Assembly: GCA_963827655.1 (NCBI GenBank)
Contig: CAWHCF010000029.1
Location: forward strand, 1 to 64,000
Direction: 5' to 3'
Source: an uncultured Acidobacteriota bacterium
GTDB lineage: Bacteria; Acidobacteriota; UBA6911
DNA: 64,000 nucleotides
Notes under the pieces: model-generated
Database searches by the model: none
Seen by the model: the letters and a program-made list of their open reading frames with translations, nothing else
Told to the model about the DNA's origin: nothing
Position numbers and translations under genes: made by a program
Part shown: positions 1-6,842 of the stretch, one piece after another
Position numbering within the stretch: position 1 is the stretch's first letter
How the letters are laid out: each line of letters begins with the position of its first letter

Positions 1-3000
1 CGCTCTTACGCTTACCTTGGGAACCTGCCGCTTTCGAAACAGTCCGCGCAAAGTGGGTTGTCTTCGATGAAAGAGGTATTCGAACTCTCTTGAAAAGGGA
101 AATATTCAGGCGGGATTACTTCTAGTGTTGGCTCTCTGCGCAATGATTGAATCATGCCCGGAAAAGGGCCTCAAGCTTCGTAACCAAGCCCTGAGGGGTC
201 GGGAGCGAGAAGAAAACGGCATTCTCGCTGGCCACGTACAGGTCATGACTTCGGCTCTCCGCTGGCTAGGCGGCGATCCTGCGGGGGGTGTAGTGGCAAG
301 TACTACAGCGATACAGATCCTAAATCGTGTCAGGCAGCACATTTACTGTCAGTAGCCTATTCACATCTAGGTATTTGCCTTTATGCCCTCGGGCCGCTGG
401 TCTGGCATTCGAGAAACATATGCGCGCCGCGATGATAAGTGAGCAAACCCGATTCGTTTCCAGCGGGCCCAAGCTTTGTCGAATTTAGCCGATGTCTCTG
501 CCGCTCGGGTCGATTTAAAGACGCACTTGAAATAGCCGAGAAGGCAATAAAGCTGGCTAGCGAGACTGAAAATAGAGACTGGGTCCACGTCTGTACAGGC
601 ACCGTAATTGGTATTTACATAAGCGTCGGTCACTATTCGAAGGCTCATCAAGCTTTGTCTGATCTAGCCTCGGCTGCCAGCCAGTTCTTTCCAAGGTACG
701 CAAAGATTCAGGCCCATTTCTGTGCCGCTTGGCTTAGCCTCGAACTGGGTGATTGGAAGGCCGCTAGCCAGGAGTTGGATAGGTTAGAGCGAACCAGATC
801 TCTAAGGTACCACCTTATGAATCTGAAATGGGTGAGGTCCTAAAGCTGAATTTGCTATCAGAGCGGAAGAACTCGAATCAGCCTCCAAAAACTGAGACAT
901 TTGTATTCCAAGCTAGTCAAGAAACGTCGGCCGTTTCAAATGTGTGTAGTGAAGCTACTTCTTGCCGAGGTACTTCTAGCGGAGGGCCAATTGGAATGTG
1001 GTCGGAAGTGTGCTCGAGATGGGCTTCGGCTTGCGAGGGTTTTGCCATCTGTCAATCTTCAAGCACAGGCACACTTGATTATGGGGAGATTTCACTTTCT
1101 AGCCGTAAGCGAGATCTTGAGTGCCACTGGAGTTCCTGAGGAGAGCGTGAAACGAGATGCTGTATCTGGAATAGCTCAAGCTCGCACTGAGTTAGAGGTA
1201 GCGCACGCATTGGCTCAGGAGGCCGACGCCGAAGAGATCCTGTGGCGGGTTGATGTTGAATTTGCCAGAGTTGCAGATTTGGATAGAAGCGCCGAAAGCT
1301 GTGTACTTCATGTAGAAAGGCACTGGATCGTCTCCCTTCAATCGAAGCTCGAGTTCCCATGAAGATGTTAGAAGTGTTTCGGCAGCTTCCAGAGCGTGAC
1401 AAAGGTCGTAGGGATTGTGAAGAGTTCATCCGTAAATATGAGGCAACCGACAAGAGTACAGAGACGTTGCAGATTGGTATGATAGGGGAAGATCATCTCC
1501 GGATCCTGTGCCGCGTTAGTCACGTCCTAAATGGGATCCGTGAATTGGATCGCCTTCTCGAAGCGCAATTATCGATCTGATTCAAGGAATCCACATTGAA
1601 AGGGCAATGGTATTTCTAAAAGATGATGACACTGGAAGGCTTGGACTGGTCAAAGCTCGAAACACTAAAGGCGAGTCCCTAGATCGAGCGGACCACATCA
1701 GTCAGAGTATTTTGAATGAGGCACATAAGCGTGGAAATCCTTTTTTAAGTGCGAATGTAATGACGGATCCGCGCGTCCGTGCTAGGAGTCGTGCTTCCGG
1801 TCAATCGGGCACACTTTTGTGCTCCTTCTTTGAAAGCGCGAGGAAGGACACTTGGGGTGCTCTATGCAGATCATCCGGATGCTGTAGGTTCTTTGAATGA
1901 GTCTGTAATTAACCTTTTCGCGGCGTCTGTAATCTGGCAGCCCTGGCAATAGATAATGCGTTGGTACATCGGGGCTTGAGCGAGGAAAATGCGGAACTTG
2001 AGTCGTCATCTTCGTCAGGCTCGTGAAGGATACACGGAGATTATCGGTAAGAGTGCTGCGATCGAAGACTACGGGAACGCATCGCACGGGCGGCTTGGTC
2101 TCCCCTGGATATCCTCATACAGGAGAAAGCGGTACTGGCAAGGAGCTAGTAGCTCTGGCGCTGCACAGGACAGGCCGTAGATCAGGGGGAAAGATTGTAC
2201 CCTTGGATTGTGGCTCTCTCTCTGAAAGTTTGATCGAAAGCGAGCTCTTTGGATACCGCAAAGGAGCGTTTACGGGCGCAATCGATAACCGTCCTGGGCT
2301 TCTGGAAATCGCGAACGGTGGCGTGGTCTTTTTGGATGAGATCTCCAACCTCTCGACTAAGCTGCAAGCAAGCTACTAAGAGCGCTGCAGGAGCGAGAAA
2401 TTCGTCGGTTAGGTGAAGCCCGTACCCGCAAGGTCGACATCCAAGTCATCGCAGCCACTAACCAAGACCTAAGGGAGGCTGTAAGGCACGGTAGATTTCG
2501 AAAAGATCTCTATTACAGGCTCAATCCTCTAGAGATTCGTGTGCCTCCAATCCGTGAACGCATGGAAGATATTCCTGTTCTGGTTCATTGGTTCCTGAAG
2601 AAAACTGCAGAGGCTGAGGATGGCAAGTGAAGTCATTCTCCGAAAGAGGCTTTTGAACTTCTGAAAGAATATAAGTTTCCAGGCAATGTTCGTCAGCTCA
2701 AGAATATGGTGCAGGGCGCGTATTATCTTTCTCCCGGTAAGATCATCGGGCTTGGTCAGCTTCCTCTAGAAATTCGTGGCGGTGTTAGCAACAGGAATTC
2801 AACTCATGGCGTCGCAATGAGCAGTCATCAGCTATATCAGCAAGATTTAAAAGGGAGGGGAACCTTCAAGGACTTGGTTAAGGAGCCGTTCCTACGACGG
2901 CAGCTTCCTTCCAGCATGGTCAGGCGAATTATTCACCGTGCTCTGACGAGACGCGGGGAAAGTATCGGGATGCGTTTCGAATCCTCGGAATCAGCGATCA

Positions 3001-3118
3001 GGAATATTCTGTTACGCTGGTCTTTCTTAAGCGACATGGGTGCTACCTAAACTTTCGCCGCTACCGGCGTACACACGGAGTGCGCGAGACAAATCCACGT
3101 CTTGATGGCATTGGCTGA
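1..3118 (+). pseudogene. Sigma-54-dependent enhancer-binding protein (TPR-like helical region + GAF + AAA+ + C-terminal domain), 5'-truncated by the window edge and split by many frameshifts
   Basis: Consecutive + strand ORF pieces: TPR-like helices (439-1362), GAF-like segment (~1480-1970), Walker A GESGTGKE, GAFTGA loop and Walker B VFLDEI (2023-2379), then LLRALQEREIRRLG, LYYRLN and FPGNVRQL in shifted frames; last frame ends at TGA 3116-3118. The frameshifts may be sequencing errors. Confidence 0.85.
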
Positions 3119-3128
3119 AGGGAATTTC

Positions 3129-5574
3129 TCAGTAGCGAGGCGGAAACTCAAGGATATTCCTGACCGTATCGTCGAGGCCAGTCTTTTCCTTAGCTAGGTC
3201 ATCTTGCTCTACGATCACCTTCTGGGCAGACTCCAGTAGAGCAAAAACTGTGGATCCGTCTTCAGGGTAAGACGCCACGCCAATCCGACACGTCACCACA
3301 ACGTTGAACCCTGGAATAGTGCCAATAATTGCGTCGCGGATCTGTTTATTCCAACGCTCGCAATAACGTGCTGCCATCTCCCTACGGGCCCCAGCCATCA
3401 GGGCAACAAACCCCTCATAACCGGACCTTACCAAGATATCTGTTTCTCTGAGTTCCTTTTTCAAAATCTCAGCTATCTCACGTAAGATAGCGTCGCTAGA
3501 GTGAATTCCGTACAATCTAAGAATTTGGGGAGATTTCGCACCTCTACGCAGAGAAGTGACAGAGGCGACCTGTTCCTAGCCGCGAAATCCATCATATGGG
3601 AACCCGCTACTGAAAGATATGTGATCCGGTGTGTTTGAGTTACGGGATCGACTATGTTTTCATGTTCCTCGGATGAGATGGTGCTGCGTTTGAGCGCCTC
3701 CGCTATGCAAGGCGACACTTGGTCAGCGAGCAATTGCAACAGGCTGAGATTTGCCTGGGAGTAGAAGACCGGCGCCTGCGCATAGAGGGATACTGTACCA
3801 AGGCAGTTTCCATCAAAGATCAAAGGTACAACCAGAGTGTCGGTCAGCGAAGTGAAATCACCTTCGACCTCCTGAAACTCCAAGGCCGGTCCTGTATTCA
3901 TAATCGGCCGGCGGTACGCAGCAACCCAGCCGCTGATTCCCTTACCCAGCCCGATACTCAGATTCTGTAGCACATCAGAGAATTTTCCGAGGACATGCGC
4001 AGCCTTTAGCGTTCCTTCTCCATTATCCAGAAAGAAAATGCACGTACTGAATGGAAGAAGCCGCTGGAGTCGGCGACCTAAGATAGGCAGGATATCCGAA
4101 AGTTCGAGATGCTTTCCGAGACTGTTGCAGAACTCGTAAAGAGCCACGAGTTCCGCTGATACTGCTGTTGGAAGAGTGGGAAGGGTAGCAGGAGAGTTGG
4201 CGGAGGAAAGGGCGCGATCGACCTTCTCAAAATAGTCTCGAAACGAGAGTTGGGGGATATTCTTCACAGCCTCTTCTGCTAGCACTTCTAATTCGTCGAT
4301 GTGTTGAACAAACAATTCTACAAGCTCAGGATCGTAGATAGCTTCCCGACTGGCTTCTGAGCAACTCAACAGAATCTTCCATGCTGAAGGGTAGCTTGTA
4401 TGGTCGAGTTGATCGAATCGCGTCAAAGGCGTCTGCAATGGAGAGTATGCGGGCCCCAAGGGGAATCTCAAGTCCTTTAAGCCCATCCGGGTAACCCGTT
4501 CCATCCCATCTCTCGTGATGAGAGCGTACGTATTTTGCCACAGGGAATGGAAACTGGATTTGCTGGAGGATCTCATGACCCGCGGGAGCATGCATCTTCA
4601 TTTTTTCGAACTCTTGCTTGCTCAAGCGGTCCAGGCTTGTTCAGGATGTAGTCATCGATTGCCAACTTTCCAATATCGTGAAGAAGAGACCCGGTTTCAA
4701 TGGCCATCAACTCCTTGGTATCAGTGACTCCACAAACCTTAGCCAAGCCCAAGGCGTATGCTCTGACTCGCCTAATGTGGCCGTAGGTAGTTTGGTCTTT
4801 TGCGTCGACCGCAAGGGCGAGGGATTCGACCGTCCTTAGATACAATTGCTCCTGCTCCTTGAGATGCTTCTCAGCTTCAATAGCTTTAGCTCGGTTTACT
4901 TTGTTAATGCCCCAAACAGCGCCAACGAACGGAGCCATCAGTAGAGGAGCGTACTCGTGGAACGCGCGAAAGAGCAAAAGGAAGGCTCCTGCACACGACG
5001 AGACCAAGAAATCGAGAAAGAGAAGGCGGTAGTTGTTATACCAAACTTGAAAGATTGTTCCTCCAAGTGAAAGTGAGATGGCAGTGGCAACAAGCAACGA
5101 ATTTGACAAGAAAAACGTTAGCGCTAAGCCAAAGGTCGGAAGCAATACGTCTTCTAGATGGTATGAGCCTGAAGGATTCAGCTTATAATACACAAGTCCA
5201 TACAGCCACACGTTAAGAGTTGCAGTGGCGATGTTAAACACGATGCGATGAACGGCTGTTTGGAGGTTTTTCTTCAGCAGCAGTGTCAGGAACGCCATGA
5301 AAAACGTATTAGCCACTATTGCTGGTGGAGTTCCATACATCATGCAGATGCTGATTACAAAAGCATCCCCGATCGTAACCAATGACCTGACGCTTGGAAG
5401 AAAAACAAAGACCGGAACGGTTACCAGCGTAATCCCTGCAAGGACTAACCAGTCATTGCCATAGCTTCCCCTAACGACGTCGACCAATGCCCGCAGGAAT
5501 AATGGAGTGGCGAGCACTACGACTGTGGAAATATAGATCCGGGCTTTTAGCGGAAGAGACCTCCAAGTAGTCAT
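3129..5574 (-). CDS. Membrane-anchored HD-GYP phosphodiesterase with GAF and degenerate GGDEF domains (frameshifted at ~4615, ~4330, ~3510)
   Basis: N-terminal multi-TM region (4573-5574), DAKD..TYGHIRRV, LLHDIGK, HHERWDGTGYPDGL (4326-4625), GAF (GKGISGWVAAYRRP), C-terminal GGDEF-like domain with RSGYEGF in place of RxGGDEF. Confidence 0.85.
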
Positions 5575-5618
5575 ATGTCGCCTGAAACCTCGAATCTGAG
5601 TCTTGCACTAATAGTCAT
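5571..5618 (-). CDS. 15-aa ORF MTISARLRFEVSGDI whose stop overlaps the HD-GYP start (ATGA), or the true N-terminus of that gene separated by a frameshift
   Basis: AAGGAGAAAC immediately precedes ATG at 5618; TGA overlaps ATG at 5574. Confidence 0.4.
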   Translation of the reverse strand: MTISARLRFEVSGDI

Positions 5619-5651
5619 GTTTCTCCTTGCCGGCTATTACTCTTTTACTAA

Positions 5652-5700
5652 CTACCACACTATACCCGAGCGTCGGGGATTTCAATTTCAGAGCGTTCAT
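5652..5700 (-). pseudogene. Degenerate copy of the 19-aa peptide gene (MN..EIEIPDAR..GIVW*)
   Basis: Same CGGAGAAACA-ATG context as the 5795 copy; GAA ATT GAA ATC and GGT ATA GTG TGG TAG are present but in different frames. Confidence 0.55.
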
Positions 5701-5735
5701 TGTTTCTCCGTGATGGTTGAGTTGCCCATTTCGCC

Positions 5736-5795
5736 TTAGTACCAGACTATGGACGGGCTTTCGCGAGTTTCAAGAATTTCGATTTCAGCATTCAT
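5736..5795 (-). CDS. Micropeptide MNAEIEILETRESPSIVWY (19 aa)
   Basis: Translated by hand; RBS GGAGAG upstream; differs from sister copies mainly by synonymous or conservative changes. Confidence 0.8.
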   Translation of the reverse strand: MNAEIEILETRESPSIVWY

Positions 5796-5835
5796 TGTTT
5801 CTCTCCGTTAAATTGACTCGTTAAGGATTCGGTTT

Positions 5836-5895
5836 CTAGTACCAGACTATCGTTGGCGTTTCGCGGGTTTCGAGGATTTCGATTTCGGTCTGCAT
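5836..5895 (-). CDS. Micropeptide MQTEIEILETRETPTIVWY (19 aa; possible upstream start at 5910 adding MEKKE)
   Basis: Translated by hand; GGAG RBS upstream; paralog of 5736-5795. Confidence 0.8.
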   Translation of the reverse strand: MQTEIEILETRETPTIVWY

Positions 5896-5964
5896 CTCTT
5901 TTTTCTCCATCTTTCGTCAGTTTTTGCGTCTTGTTGTTTTCCTTCACCTTGAATCATCACTCCG

Positions 5965-5997
5965 TCACAACCAAAGAATCGCGCTGGGATTCGACAT
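5965..5997 (-). CDS. Micropeptide MSNPSAILWL (10 aa)
   Basis: Strong RBS AAAGGAGG 4 nt upstream of ATG; C-terminal AILWL parallels TIVWY. Confidence 0.7.
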   Translation of the reverse strand: MSNPSAILWL

Positions 5998-6085
5998 GAT
6001 GCCTCCTTTCCAGATTGAGGTTGATTCGATAAGCTCCACGGACCAAGTTTCTCTCCGTTAAATTGACTCGTTAAGGATTCGGTTT

Positions 6086-6145
6086 CTAGTACCAGACTAT
6101 CGTTGGCGTTTCGCGGGTTTCGAGGATTTCGATTTCGGTATGCAT
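6086..6145 (-). CDS. Micropeptide MHTEIEILETRETPTIVWY (19 aa)
   Basis: Duplicate-unit copy of 5836-5895 with Q>H. Confidence 0.8.
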   Translation of the reverse strand: MHTEIEILETRETPTIVWY

Positions 6146-6214
6146 CTCTTTTTTCTCCATGTTTCGTCAGTTTTTACGTCTTGTTGTTTTCCTTCACCTT
6201 GAATCATCACTCCG

Positions 6215-6247
6215 TCACAACCAAAGAATCGCGCTGGGATTCGACAT
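6215..6247 (-). CDS. Micropeptide MSNPSAILWL (10 aa), second copy
   Basis: Identical to 5965-5997 with the same AAAGGAGG RBS. Confidence 0.7.
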   Translation of the reverse strand: MSNPSAILWL

Positions 6248-6325
6248 GATGCCTCCTTTCCAGATTGAGGTTGATTCGATAAGCTCCACGGACCAACTCC
6301 CTCGCGTGAGCCGCCCGAAATCGCA

Positions 6326-6358
6326 TTAAAGCCAAAGAATTGCACCTAGGTTTCTCAT
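6326..6358 (-). CDS. Micropeptide MRNLGAILWL (10 aa)
   Basis: RBS AAAGGAGAG upstream; lies outside the duplication yet keeps AILWL through different codons (GCA ATT CTT TGG CTT TAA vs GCG ATT CTT TGG TTG TGA). Confidence 0.7.
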   Translation of the reverse strand: MRNLGAILWL

Positions 6359-6755
6359 GAGTTCTCTCCTTTCAATGAGTTCTACCCTCAATTGCTTTCG
6401 TCCTGCCGGCCAAGCCTGTCCGGACTCCTCCGCGCAAAGGTACACCACTACCACCTCGGCTTGAGCAAACTTCCCAACCTAAGTTCTACTTTGTTACGAG
6501 AGTTGAGCCTTGCAGCCTCGGCGGCGCTCGTCCGCAGATCGAAGGTCATTAGTGCCAACCAACCGAGAACACCTGGCCGGTCGCCAGAAGGCAGTGGGGG
6601 AAGCTATACAAGAAGTGCTGATAAAGCACGGGTGCTACGCCTCCGGCTCTTGAGCTGTCTGGTTCGCGCTAGCAAAAAAACTGTTGAGCTCGGGTCTGGC
6701 CGTTAAGGTAACCCTTTGCCCGATAATACTTTCTTCATCAACCGCTAAAAATAGA

Positions 6756-6784
6756 AAAATACATTGGCGCCTGGTTACTGTCAA
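6756..6784 (-). promoter_or_regulatory. Candidate sigma70 promoter for the peptide array
   Basis: TTGACA-N17-TATTTT on the minus strand, in an AT-rich intergenic stretch. Confidence 0.4.
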
Positions 6785-6842
6785 ACTTAATCTAATGCCT
6801 TCTTAGAGTTCCATGGCTCGGTCGTGGGATTAGACGGGCGGG

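Larger units (their letters stand above)
5797..6296. repeat. 250-bp tandem duplication (5797-6046 / 6047-6296), each unit carrying one 10-aa and one 19-aa peptide gene
   Basis: Direct comparison; I count 3 mismatches (5890/6140, 5911/6161, 5926/6176). Confidence 0.9.

Noticed and set aside
2620-2640. In-frame TGA in the sigma54 gene as recoding or selenocysteine
   Set aside because: The protein continues in a different frame, consistent with the many nearby indels; no SECIS-like hairpin seen.
5736-6296. Possible CRISPR array (regularly spaced TAGTACCAGACTAT motif)
   Set aside because: The recurring motif is the reverse complement of the IVWY-stop codons; spacing is irregular (100 and 250 bp), the spacers are not unique and there are no cas genes.
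6097-6345. 82-aa minus-strand ORF in the ORF track
   Set aside because: It overlaps the micropeptide genes in other frames, lacks a good RBS, and the substitution pattern favours the short peptide frames.
6430-6450. Sigma54 -24/-12 promoter for the array (TGGTGTACCTTTGC, minus strand)
   Set aside because: GG-to-GC spacing is 9 nt rather than the required 10, so it is unsupported unless there is an indel error.
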